64,000 nucleotides of DNA from Octopus sinensis. Its lineage: Eukaryota. Shown here piece by piece: positions 51,681 through 64,000 of this stretch. The stretch is from contig NC_043003.1 in NCBI RefSeq assembly GCF_006345805.1, forward strand, positions 100,502,001-100,566,000, in the 5' to 3' direction. A program made the translations under genes and the position numbers. How positions within the stretch are numbered: the first letter of the stretch is position 1; each line of letters opens with the position of its first letter. The notes beneath the pieces are model-generated. The model ran no database searches. It was given only the letters and a program-made list of their open reading frames with translations, and was not told the origin of the DNA.

Positions 51681-51699
51681 TAGGGGGAATGGTGGGGGC

Positions 51700-52130
51700 A
51701 AGGGTGTAGGGTGGGTGTGGGGTGTGTGGAGGTGGTATCAGCGAAGAGAGAAGGTGGGTAGGACTGAAGAGAGGAAGTAGGTGTTAGATGAAGAGACGAG
51801 AGGAAGAGAGTCAAATGAAGAGAGGAGGGGAGTTGAGCCCATGTAGCACAAAGGAGTGAAGAGAGAAGATTAATTCCTGTTCACAGCGAAGGTGGGAGTC
51901 CAGATGGCCTCTGTGTAAAGACAATCCAAACACAGACAGGTGTAGTAGTGAATGACTAGTAGAGTGGAAATGGTATAAGACCGGAGTGCCGTTGCTGAGT
52001 CTAGTATCTTGGAGGTGCTCCGTGAACCAGTCAACCAAGTGGAATCTCGTTTGACCGATGTACAGAGAAGGGCAGAAAGAGCAGGAGATGCAGTAAGTGA
52101 CATTACTAGAAGTGCAGGTAAAGGAGTCTT
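51700..52130 (-). mobile_element. Neptune/Poseidon-type Penelope-like GIY-YIG 3' end
   Basis: FTCTSSNVTYCISCSFCPSLYIGQT..FTEHL..EQELIFSL..PHGLN-like ending. Confidence 0.8.
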
Positions 52131-52167
52131 ATATATATGTGTGTGTCTATATATATAATGTATATAT

Positions 52168-52233
<66 letters not shown>

Positions 52234-52972
52234 TTAATTAGAGGATATGTTAACCTCATGAAGTGATGGTTGCATGGAAGGAAAAACTGGTTCAACACCT
52301 AGTATTGTTGGGAAATGAAATTTTAAAAACACCAGTTGCTGACATCACCTAACTCTAGACCAATGAAATTTTACCTCCGATCAAATACAACAAAATTACC
52401 CTGAAGCAAAGCTACATTTTACATAGTAATATGTGAGTCAACCTGCACAGCAGATGACTATGTCAATGAGGCATCTAGTCTCACTTTGATACAGTAGCCT
52501 CATTCTGAGCTACACTGTAGAAAACTTTCAGTTCCTCCCAGGTTTCAGTCAAAGACACATGTCTTCTCTGCAGCTCCATGCACAATCTCCCACGTGCGAC
52601 TCATATGTCTATTCACCTCGACACAAGATATATGGTTCATAAATGAAGATATTTTATCATACACACATCCTCAACAGGACTGTTTCATTACACACATGCA
52701 TACATACTGTAATACAAATACTATATGTTACTTCTTTCAGTGCAAAAACAAAAATCAAAACTTTGTATGTAAACACTCACGTTTTTGTATCATACTACAT
52801 GCTTCCACCACAAAAGGTGAACACAGAATAAACAATATATTTGTACACAAAAATGTCTCATGGTGATTCATACTGTTTTCCCAGTTAATAACACAAACTT
52901 GAACAGCCAATGACAGCCGCTATAAAATGGTGACCCCGATATAAAAAAAAATATATACATATATACATATAT

Positions 52973-53385
52973 AGGTGCAGGAGTGGCTGTGTGGTAAGTA
53001 GCTTGTCTGCCAACCACATGGTTCCAGGTTCAGTCCCACTGTGTGGCACCTTGGACAAGTGTCTTCTACTATAGCCTTGGGCTGACCAAAGCCTTGTGAG
53101 TGGATTTGGTAGACGGAAACTGAAAGAAGCCCGTCGTATATATGTGTATATATGTATGTGTGTGTGTGTGTGTGTTTGTATGTCTGTGTTTGTCCCCTAG
53201 CATTGCTTGACAACCGATGCTGGTGTGTTTATGTCCCCATTACTTAGCGGTTCGGGAAAAGAGACCGATAGCATAAGTTCTGGGCTTACAAAAGAATAAG
53301 TCCCGGGGTCGAGTTGCTTGACTAAAGGCAGTGCTCCAGCATGGCCGCAGTCAAATGATTGAAACAAGTAAAAGAGAAAAGAGAA
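52973..53385 (+). mobile_element. Uninterrupted tRNA-head octopus-type SINE
   Basis: A-box/B-box-like head (GTGGCTGTGTGG, GGTTCAGTCCC), internal (TA/TG)n and GTAAAAGA tail. Confidence 0.85.
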
Positions 53386-53392
53386 AAGAGAA

Positions 53393-53445
<53 letters not shown>

Positions 53446-53478
53446 TATATATATATATATACACTATATATATATATA

Positions 53479-53531
<53 letters not shown>

Positions 53532-55232
53532 CACTACCGTCAGAAATTAATTAGCACCCTTGATTTGCTCTTCACTCAAGGTATGTGCTGTCACCTAGTG
53601 GCCATATCTCGAACTATTGCTTTGTTATGAGTTCACTGTTGCGCAGAACGATGACGTAACTTTGTTTGCAGAGCGGTTTGAGAGACTACAGCCTAATGAT
53701 GTTGACATAGAAGTGCAACAACAACTTGGAGTGCGGATGCAGACAAATCTTCCTTTGTTTAATAGATATAGGTAGCGCCTCGCAAGGACCGAAATCACAC
53801 CGTACTAAGTTTTCTCATCGCGTAAGACGTTTTGAACAGCTCATAGGTTAATTGATTTGTGTATTTGCAAGATTTTTTTTCCTCACAAATTCTCCCACAC
53901 TCTGCTTCGTGACGTCACTTCCGGTTCACAAAACTTTCTGTTATACATCAAATAAGGTGAGAAATTCTGCTTTCTTTCTTTTTTGTTTAATGAATAATAA
54001 CTCATAGCAGTTTTGTTATAGCATAACATTATTCAAATGAATAGTTTTAATGAAAATAACTGTTTTTTATCGTTCATTCCTAGATGGGCCCAAGACCTCG
54101 CATGACCTTGGAGAGACGGTACGAGGCTCTCTCGTGGCGTGGGAAGCTGTCGGAGGCTGCAATAGCCAGAAAACTTGGTGTAGCCAGGCGCACAATTCAG
54201 TGCTTATTTAAGAAATACGAGGAAACTGGATCAGCAGCTGACAAAAAGGGTAGGGGACGGAAGAGGCTGACGACCCAGCGGGAGGACCGGATGCTGATCC
54301 GAAAGTCACTGAACAACCAAAGGGCAACAAGCTGGCAACTGGCGGAGGAGATGCAAAAGGTGACAGGGAAGCAGTTGTCTACAACCACCGTCAAGACCAG
54401 ATTACTGGAAGCTGGTCTAAAATCCTGTAAGCCGCTCCTTACAGCCCAAAACCGGAAGAGGCGGCTGCTCTGGGCCCGTGCCCACAAGACATGAACCGTG
54501 CAGCAGTGGCAGACAGTGATGTTCACTGACGAGTCGCGATTCAGTCTCGTCAGTGACAAGCCTGTCCATGTGCAATGCCGCAGGGATGAGCGCTTCAACA
54601 AAGACTGCATTGCTCCCACCATGAAGCATGGTGGGGGTGGTCTGATGGTGTGGGGAGCGTTCAGCTACAGTGGTGTTGGGCGGCTCTATGCCGTCGAAGG
54701 CAACATCAACGCAGCAAAGTACGTTGAGATAGTACAGAATGCTGCCCTACCCTCTGCGGGATACCTCTTTGGTGGCGAGGAGTACGTGCTCCCGCAGAAC
54801 AACGCGCCTCCCCACACAGCCAAGCTCACAACCGGTTTTTTCAAGGACCATGGGGTGACGGTCATGGACTGGCCTGGTCAGTCACCTGACCTGAATCCTA
54901 TTGAGAACCTCTGGAGTCGATTGGGTAGGGATTTGAATGTGCAGCAATACAGGAACCGACACGAACTGTTTGGGGCACTTCTTGCTGCATGGAGGGCTAT
55001 CCCTGCACAGTACCTGCAGGCGCTCATAGACAGCATGCCGGCCCGCGTAGCAGCTATCATTGCTGCCAAAGGTGGAGCAACAAGATATTGACTATTATGT
55101 GGTATGCTGGGATATGTTTTAATAAATTTTTGATTAAAAACGAGTTCGTTTCTGATAATAAGTTAATTAAATTAAGAAAATGTAAGAAAATGTAGAAATT
55201 TGAGAAGTGCTAATTAATTTCTGACGCAAGTG
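53532..55232 (+). mobile_element. Tc1-family (DD34E) transposon, full length, inactivated
   Basis: 26-bp TIRs (24/26 identical) flanked by TA. Transposase 54084-55091 has one in-frame TGA (54492-54494, W to stop), the TDES motif, second Asp changed to Asn (QNNAPPH), and 34 residues to the Glu in PIENLW. Confidence 0.95.
53909..53924. promoter_or_regulatory. Overlapping CRE and ETS motif (GTGACGTCACTTCCGG) upstream of the Tc1 transposase
   Basis: Exact TGACGTCA and CCGGAAGT overlap, ~160 nt upstream of the ATG. Confidence 0.55.
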
Positions 55233-57337
55233 TATATATAGTGGTTCGTCAGATGCCTTGTTCAACGAAAAATGCGTGTTACTAAGGAAACACACACCAA
55301 AGTCATTTACAAATAGACCTCACTTACACCATCATATTTTCATATATGAACAATTTGTTGCAAGGATGTTGAAACCCCAAAATTCACTTTTGTTGAGTCC
55401 GGCTAAAAATATAAAAAATTTTGGGGGGAAATAGCAAGATGTTTACTCAGATCGGCAGTGTTGGAGTGAATATCTTCCAATTGTCCTTCTTGGCTGTCGA
55501 GCCTCAATAAAGGAGGATCTTGGTTATTCCCTAGCAGAACTTGTTTATGGCACACCTCTTTCGTTGCCAGGCCAGATGTTGGCCCCAGTGAATCTGTCCA
55601 CACAAGACCCCACTATGTACATACACAGACTTTCAGACTTTGCAAATATATGCAAGAACTGTCACTCATGTCAACACAACAGCAAACTACTAAATCATCA
55701 TTTCCAAACGACATTAATTTTTGGATCCATGTGTTTCTATGAAACAATGCTGTGAAAATCCCTCTCACACCTCTTTACATGAACCCTATCGCATCCTGTC
55801 ACACACACACAAACTATATTCCATAGACATTAATGGTGAAAAAGTAACTGTCTCAATAGACAGGCTTAAGTGGGTATACACAGACAGTGATACAATACCA
55901 CCTCATACACCTCCCACATTCACAGTACAACATAAAACAAATGCTACTCCACGGCAATCACCACTAACACAATCACACACACTAACCCCTCCTCCATCTA
56001 AATACGTCACTATGACTCATAGTGGTCACCGTGTACATTGGCTCACCAAGCTGTCTAAAACTATATACATCTAAACTATAATGAACTTACCAAGGACTTT
56101 TCAACACATATCACCAATGACGCAGTTTTGTTCCTCACAGTATTCCTTTAAACTTTACCTAATCGACTTGAGCATTTTGCATATTTCCTTGTGTTGATAT
56201 TCTGTTTACCCTTACCATGCTTTGCCTTTTCATTTCAGTTTCTCATTTTTTTGTTATATTGCATCCTTCTGTTTGTATTCCATGTCCTTACCTGCTTTTT
56301 GTACTGCATATTTACATATGCCATCTCTAGTTTTTCACCAACTTTTTAAGTCTAGTAGGAGGCTATGTAGCAGAGCTACATATTACGTAGTAATATGTGA
56401 GTCAACCTGCACAGCAGATGAATATGTCGATAAGGCATCTAGCCTCACTTTGATACATTAGCCTCTTTCTGAGCTACACTGTACAAAACTTTCAGTTCCT
56501 CCCAGGTTTCAGTCAAAGACACATGTCTTCTCTGCAGCTCCATGCACAATCTCCCACGTGCAACTCACATGTCTATTCACCTTGACACAAGATATATGGT
56601 TCATAAATGAAGATATTTTATCACACACACATCCTCAACATGACTGTTCTCATTACACACATGCATACATACTGTAATACAAATATCATATGTCACTTCT
56701 TTCAGTGCAAATGCAAAAATCAAAACTTTCTTTGTATGTAAACACTCACGTTTTTGTATCATATTACATACTTCCACCACAAAAAGTGAACACAGAATAA
56801 ACAATATATTTATACACAAAAATGTCTCATGGTGATTCATTCTAACTGTTTTTCTATTTAATAACATTGTATCATTTGAACAGTCAACAACAGCTACTAT
56901 AACCCTTTAAGAGAATCAACCAACTGGAATGATTGGAAGCCAACCAGGCAGAATGACAAACTTGACCACCAGAAAAACAGTACTTTAACAATTCAAAAAC
57001 TAGATCTGTTCACAGAAAAAATTACAAATACACCAGATTCCAATAAACACCATTACAAGCAAAAGTTCCTGCACAGGACGGAAAGAAAATCACAGAAACT
57101 GCACCCCCCCCCACCTTTTTTACTATCTTCATTTCTCACTTGTTTTCCTCCCTCTTAACTCTGTATTACTGAAACTTTGATGATATTCATTTCTTGTTGA
57201 TCACTACTAACACTATTGAATTTTGTGCATTTAAACAAGATGAGCCACAGTTTTTATATTATTGACTGTTATGAACATTTAAACTTGTCAACATTGAAAC
57301 TATTAAACATGTCTTTCTAATTTATAATTCTAAACTT

Positions 57338-57380
57338 TTACCATTGATAAACAAGAAATATTCTTGAAACTAGTTTGGTA
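57338..57380 (+). ncRNA. Decayed minimal hammerhead-like motif
   Basis: TACCA-TTGATAA-AC AAGAA atat TTCTT-GAAAC TAG TT/TGGTA: perfect 5-bp stem I, mutated core. Confidence 0.4.
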
Positions 57381-57661
57381 TATATGTAAATAAACTTATT
57401 TAAAAACAATTACAAGTTTTTCAAATTTAGGTGTGTTTTCAACAACAAATTTGCCTATAATTTTTCCTGTGTGGAAATACACCCCCTCTTTTGTTTTATA
57501 TATATATATATATATTTAATATTCTGGACTAGTGGGTATATATCAATTAGTGTGTTGAAGTGTTGAGTAGAGCACTGGCAAAATTTGGGATACCTGGTGT
57601 CATCCGTAGTTGGGGCATATTTCCACTGGATCTAATTCAAGAACTCCACAGTGTTGAGAAA

Positions 57662-58742
57662 ATAATAATAATTTCTTAAGTAACCAGAAGATGGATTTTT
57701 ATATTTATTAATCTTTATTTTGTACAAGTCATTTCATCCCATCCTGCTACTGTCCCTTATGGGTGAGACTCCATTCAACATGTTATGCATCGATTTTGCA
57801 ATCTGGGCCTCATCAGATCCTGAGTTTTGGCTGTCATGTTGTTATATGCCCATCTGGTTAGGGAATGAAACATTGCTACAATTTTCAATTACTATTATCT
57901 TTACATAATAAGAATTGCAAACATTTATAAATATAGACAATATTTGTAAGTATAGATAATTTGTAAATATAGACAATTTGACACCTATAAATACACACAC
58001 ACATGCATACATACACTCACACATACATATACACATATCGGATGTATATATCTACATACATGCGTATGTATATATAGGCATAGAGGTGTGTGATTCACCC
58101 TTGGTCATATAGATGTGGAGCAAGTCAGACTGTCTGGTGAGGTTGTCTTCCAACAATAAATTATATGAATTACAGCTGAAATTGACCATATGGGTGGGTG
58201 GGCCAATGTCCCTTGTGTGAATGTAGGGATGAGTGGGTGTGTGTGTGCATCCTGACCTAAGCTAGCTAGTTGAACAACCTTTCACCCCCCTAGACATTCT
58301 AGACTGCATATATATCTTTCCCTTCCTTTTTCTAGTACCATTCCTTTGTCTTAAACCCAATGTAACTCAATCCATTCTTGTCCATCAATTCGCTTCCCCT
58401 ACAATTTTTGCTTTTTATCAACAGTTATTTGTCTATATTCAGAAATGTTTGCAATTCTTATTATAGACAAATAACAGTGACTGAAAATTGTAGTAATGTT
58501 TCACTTCCTAACCAGACAGGTATAGAACAACATGATAATCAAAACTCAGGATATTTAGCAAGACACAACTTTATGTATGGATGTATCTGATGAGACCCAA
58601 ACTGCAAAATGGATGCAGCACAACATGTTGAATGGAGTCCCACCCAAAAGGAACAGTAGCAGGATGGGTCGAAATGACCATTATACAAAATAAAGATTAA
58701 TACCAAATCCATCTTCTGGTAACATAAGAAATTATTATTATC
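57662..58742. repeat. Diverged ~290-bp inverted repeat pair with ~480-bp spacer
   Basis: 57662-57945 is the reverse complement of 58425-58742 with scattered mismatches and one insertion. Confidence 0.8.
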
Positions 58743-58895
58743 ATCATTATTATTATATATGCCTGTATATGTGTATATGTGTGTGTGTGTATGCCTATAT
58801 ATATTATATATATATGCGTGTATTTGTATGTGTGTGTGTATATATATATGTATATATATATATACTAGATATATATATGTATATATATATATATA

Positions 58896-61700
58896 CTAGC
58901 AAATGTGTCCATCCTTTGGATGGTGTAATTTATTATAATAATGCACTCCTGTGGACAGTTTAAGTTGAATTAACCAGCAGTTAGAAGTCATTTCAAGTTG
59001 ATAAGCATAAAATGTATAATTACCATTTTCGTTAGCAGTTTACGATATGGTATAAAGAAACTTAGGTAATGAATAAATTTTTTTGAACACAAATTTGGCA
59101 CTAAGTAATAAATGCAAGTCCATGAAATGAGACTGCAATTACAGTAGGCATTAGGGATCCTGTATCTTACCTGAAGCCTTTCGTAGTATCTAGTTATTTT
59201 ACTTGTAATGCCTGACAACTGCATTCAAGTTTTTTTTTTTCAATGAAAGTCATGTATGATAAAGAAAAGCAAGCATTTATAGCAAACACGCAAATAGAAT
59301 AATGGTATGTACAAAAATAAATGTCAGAGCACGCTTATGAATGAACAGCGTGCGTGAAGTAAGAAGGGTCATTGATGATAATGTACTGTTAACAACAATC
59401 ATGGAAATGAAGCAAAATATCAATGAAATGCTTGCAGGAAGTCTAATTGTTAATGGCTACTGTTTGGCGGAGATATGAAGAATGCAGTAGAAGAATAACT
59501 ACTGTAGGGCTGCTTTGTAGATGACATTTTTTGTTTTTCTTTCAGGAGCATAGATGAATAAGTTGTCTGGATGGCCAATTCTGGAACAACCAATGTAAAA
59601 CTGTCCATGTGAAAAGCACGATGTTTGAAGGTCCAATCCGACAACTTTCAGTGACTGACCTTGTGCTTCGTTAATTGTCATGGTGAAGCTGAGTTTGAGA
59701 GGGAATTGAAGTCTCTGCATAAAGTAGGGGCAGTCTGTTGGGGTTAGCAGAATTTTCAGAATGAATATGGTATCCTTTTTGCTATGTCCTGTGATAATTT
59801 GGGCTTCAATGACATGGTTCGTCATTTGTTTGACCACAAGGCAAGTTCCATTGCATAGTGTGGGTGCACTTAGATTGCATAGGAGGATGACAGGACAGCC
59901 AACTTTTAAGTGAAGTTCATGGTGAGGGAGTCCTGGAGGATGTTGGGAGTTGAGAAATTCTATTGGAAAGTGTGTAACCTGATCAAGGTCGGTAATGGTG
60001 TCAACTAATCTGTAACAACATTCTTGAGAAGGTAGCTGACTGAGTAAGTTGTAGTTAAGAGTGTTGACAGCTGCATCTGTAAGTGCATGAACAACCCTGT
60101 TGCAAAGCCAATCTGGTTTTATGTATTCCGTTGTAAGATTTGGGTAAATGGCAGAACATAAGTCACGAAGGCTGGAGACAGTGTGGCTAATGGTGGTAGT
60201 GTCAATGTATCTGTAATGTATGACGTAATTTGCCCAGATCTCATGTTGATAGTGAGTTGTTTCAATTGGACATGCAACCAAAGGAGGAATTTTCTAAGGC
60301 AGGCATTAAATTCATCAGCAAGTGTTCTTTGGGTATAATTGGCAGAGTTTGTAGAAAATCTCCTGCAAGAAGTAGAGTTGCACCTACAAGGATGTTGTTT
60401 GATCTAAGGTCTCTCATGGTGGTATCAAGTGCTTGTAGGGAACATTTATGGGACATAGTTGCTTCATCCCAAACAATGTGTTTGCACTTTTTCAAAATTG
60501 TCGCTTTGTCTGAGGAATGCATTATGTGGCACGTTGAGTTTACTTGATGTGCTACATTGAAAGGCAAATTGAAGGTAGTGTGTGCTGTTCATCTGTTGTT
60601 GAGAAGAGTCAAGGCTATTCCTGAGGAAAAAATTGCAATAGTAAGGTCACCATTATGCCACAACTTCGCAAGAAGAAGATTTAGAAGAAATGTTTCCCTA
60701 GTCCCACCGAATGCATCTAAGAAGATGATTCCGCCAGTGTGTATGTAGATGTTTCCGAGGATGAAATTGTATACGTCAGCTTGATCAGAATTCTAAAGGG
60801 GCTCATTGTCAGCAATGTATTGTTTGAGTTTGTGAATGTTGTAGCATGTTTCTCTGAGAATGAGACAATTGGGACAGGCATCTTCATTTCTGTCGGAAGT
60901 TTTGAGAGAATAAGCATCCAATCGTTGACCTCCAATTGTTATAACCAAGTCTTCCAAGAGAAGAAGCCCTCCATTGTAAATAGCAGAGGTAGTGGGAGTG
61001 TCAACACCACCTGTGACTTGGCAAGTCTGCAGCAAAATGTCATGGCACATTGAGTCTTTGTATTTATTCCAAAGTGGAAGTGTGTCTGTCAGGTTACAGA
61101 AAACCAGCATTATTGTGAAAAGGTGTTGGAGCTTGTGTGGAGAATGACACAGATAGGTCTCTTCAAGTGCATTATCATACTGATCATCTGTATCCAAAAG
61201 TCCCTGTTTGGAGCAAGCATCTTTGAAAGTGCCACATAAGTGGTGGTCCACTGTGCAAAGGTCATCGAAGGAGGTTGGTCCCTTAATGACATGAAGTAAG
61301 AGCTGCAGATGGAAGCAATCAGAGTTCAAGGGTTGAACTGTGTAGACGCATCTGATTGTGTCACCTTTGTACATGGTTGGATCCAAATGCGTAGGCTGGC
61401 CTTGTTTTCATTGTTGCCACTGATTGTCAACCAAAAATTCCTGGTTATGACCTTTTTTGATGATTATGTAAGGGAGACAATTGATTTCTGACAGTTACTT
61501 CGCAAAGAATTACCGCTCTTGCCCACAATAGTCACTATAGAAGGTTTTCTTGACCTTCTGACCCTAGAAGCCCCATTATTCCATATTACTCCATAAGTGA
61601 AAGATCTAAAGAGTGTAGATCCATCTGTGGAACATGTGATGTATTTGCCAAGTGTGAACGAAATCAGATGAAAAATTTTATGTGGGATCAACCTAATGGT
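58896..61700 (-). mobile_element. Helitron 3' half (Rep-helicase linker + PIF1-like helicase), frameshifted
   Basis: GPTSFDDL, IVWDE, AGDFLQ, QFPLKLSFTMTINEAQGQSL, FSHGQFYIGCSR. 3' end: CCATCC-AAA-GGATGG hairpin (58909-58923), 9 nt, then CTAG|T. Confidence 0.92.
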
Positions 61701-61739
61701 CGGTCACATATATATACACACACACCTTCTGTCTTATAT

Positions 61740-61967
61740 ATATATATATATTACTCTCTCGTTTACTCTTTTACTTGTTTCAGTCATTTTTTACTGCGGC
61801 CATCCTGGAGCACCGCCTTTAATCGAGCAACTCGACCCTGGGACTTATTCTATTGTAAGCCCAGTACTTATTCTATCGGTTTCTTTTGCTGAACCGCTAA
61901 GTAACGGGAACATAAACACACCAGCATCGGTTGTCAAGCAATGCTAGGGGGACAAACACACACATGC

Positions 61968-62027
<60 letters not shown>

Positions 62028-62195
62028 TACGACGGGCTTCTTTCAGTTTCCGTCTACCAAATCCACTCACAAGGCTTTGGTCAGCCCGAGGCTATAGTAG
62101 AAGACACTTGCCCAAGGTGCTATGCAATGGGACTGAACCCGGAACCATGTGGTTGGTAAACAAGCTACTTACCACACAGCCACTCCTGCGCCTAT
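61740..62195 (-). mobile_element. tRNA-head SINE
   Basis: Reverse complement of the 52973-53385 family. Confidence 0.85.
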
Positions 62196-62309
62196 ATATA
62201 TATCTTATTTTATTATTTTCTCATCCATTGACATCACCAATAGTTAAAGTCAAAAATGACTTTTCTGAAATATGCTTATTTTTTATTTTATTTTTATAAA
62301 ACCGATACA

Positions 62310-62780
62310 GACACCAGTCAGGTGACACTGGCATCAGCCATGTTTGGCAAGGGTATCATAACTACAATTTCCATTTGATTTTTATTTTGATGTTGATGTC
62401 TCCTCAAGCACAGTGGGTTACTCTACTATCCAAGGTTAGCACAGCAGGCCATCCTGTGAACCATGAACTCACTTCATTTGTCAGGTCTTCGCAGTCACAG
62501 CATATCTCCAGAGGTTTCAGTCTTTTGTCATAGCCTCTGTGAGGCCCAATGTTTGAAGGTCAAGCTTGACCACCTCATCCCATGTCTTCTTGGGTCTACC
62601 TCTACTCCAGATTCCTTCAACAGTTTGGGAGTGGCACTTCTTCCCACATCTTTCCTCATCCATCCACAGTATATGACCATACCAACGCAACCGTCTCTCC
62701 TGCATGCCACATCCGATGCTTCTTATGTCCAACATTTCTCTCAGGGTGCTTACACTGTCGTGCATGGACACTGACATTAT
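62310..62780 (-). mobile_element. RTE LINE 3' fragment
   Basis: RRLRWYGHILWM..RGRPKKTWDEVV. Confidence 0.8.
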
Positions 62781-63118
62781 ATATAAATATATATATATAT
62801 ACACACACCCAAATATATATGCTAGTGCAACACAAATAATTGTCGGCTTTATAAGGTGAAATCTATAAGAGAGATATAATTTTCTCTGTACATAATTTGT
62901 GTTATATATGTGTGTGTGTATGTATATATATATATAAAATGCGTGTATACACACACATATCTATATATATACACACACACACATATATACATATACACAC
63001 ACACACACATATATACATATACACACACACGCATATATATATATATATATATATATAATTATGTGAAATAGAAAGATGAATAATCTTGTAGTAGATTAAT
63101 CAAAAGTTTAACCGATAC

Positions 63119-63240
63119 CTTAGTAGCAAAAATCACAGCAGTGAACAGCACGGTTGGAGGTACAACCATCTGGCGTTGCAACCGTGCGTTGGTGCGGATA
63201 ATTGAAATTAAAACATTATTGGTGAATTGAAGAAATGGAG
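63119..63240 (-). CDS. Candidate host-gene exon (PFLQFTNNVLISIIRTNARLQRQMVVPPTVLFTAVIFATK), or a first coding exon starting at MVVPP
   Basis: Acceptor ttctgttcaatctgcgttcag and donor AAG|gtatcg bound a 122-nt open frame in unique, CpG-retaining sequence. Confidence 0.55.
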
Positions 63241-64000
63241 CTGAACGCAGATTGAACAGAAATCGTTTTATTTCATTCTACACGTGTTTCGAAAGGCACA
63301 AATTACCAAAATCTGATTGAATAATGGGACCATATTGTGTCTTTCTCTTCAGGAAGAAAAAAGGAAATCCGTTGGAAAAACAAAAACAGAACAGAGGCAG
63401 AGCAAAAAACAAATCGAACTGTGCTCCTAAGAGCCCATGGCGAAACTGTTTATCAGTGTATGTTGAGAACCGGTGGCTGAAGAATTCAACAGGTCAGGCA
63501 TCGGTCAATCATGTGGGTGAGGGTGTATATATGTTCTTTGTGACCGAGAATAAAGTTCTGACTATTTAAAGAATATTGGATGTTTTATAAGGGGCGAGAA
63601 AAAATCTACTTAGAGACGTGTGTGTGTGTATACTGTTCTATATATGTGTGTGTTGGCGTAGGGGTAGAAAACATTTTTTGTGTACGTGTGTGCGTTTGAT
63701 CGTTCGGCTGTCAGTGGCTACTGCCGTGATAACCGTTGGGTGGCAGAAAGAAAAAAAATAAAGAAATTATATATATATTATGTTTTATGTGTGTGTGTGA
63801 GTGTTCATCTAAGCCTGCCTTGACAAGGAAGCCCCCCGCTGTGAAAAAACAAGCCCCGTTTGTCTTACAGGAGTAATTTCCCTTGCAGTGGTTAATTGTA
63901 GATATCTTAAAAGCTATTCAGAATTTGTTACCAAGGGCTATGGGTGCCGGTCTTATTTATAAACGCTATTTAAAGGCCAGATAAGTGTAACGCCGCCAAT

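Larger units (their letters stand above)
52402..56901 (+). mobile_element. Internally deleted Gypsy (CsRN1-like) LTR element carrying nested insertions
   Basis: LTRs 52402-52924 and 56366-56901; 4-bp TSD ACCC; PBS TGGTGACCCCGA at 52928; purine tract before the 3' LTR; integrase remnant AELVYGTPL..TVSIDRLK at 55400-56070. Confidence 0.85.

Noticed and set aside
52973-53050. tRNA gene
   Set aside because: It is a tRNA-derived SINE head without a complete cloverleaf.

Overview
AT-rich eukaryotic DNA. Its repeat content (tRNA-head SINEs, Nin-DC-like SINEs, RTE, R4/Dong-like, Tx1/L1 and Penelope-like elements, dense TA/AAT microsatellites) looks like an octopus (coleoid cephalopod) genome; this is an inference from the repeat types. 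Most of the window is transposable-element debris that probably lies in the introns of an unidentified minus-strand gene, with candidate exons at 63119-63240, 43216-43588, 26573-26741 and 15347-15536. Recognisable elements: two internally deleted Gypsy LTR elements, a mariner, a near-intact Tc1 (DD34E), a Helitron 3' half, Tx1/L1, RTE, HERO-like and R4/Dong-like LINEs, and at least five Penelope-like (GIY-YIG) elements. Most notable observations: (1) three structurally complete type I hammerhead ribozymes with an unusually long stem II at the ends of a Naiad-type Penelope element, two of them flanking a 2-kb inverted duplication; (2) a Naiad copy whose GIY and YIG motifs are separated by an 867-nt low-complexity insert, with TGA directly after YIG; (3) ORF1-only (HAL1-like) retroelements, one inserted with a 13-bp TSD into a SINE head; (4) a twin-primed, 5'-inverted RTE insertion; (5) a GC-rich Tc1 carrying an ETS-CRE promoter motif and a 5'-UTR intron. 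All calls were made by eye, without database searches, and many element boundaries are approximate.
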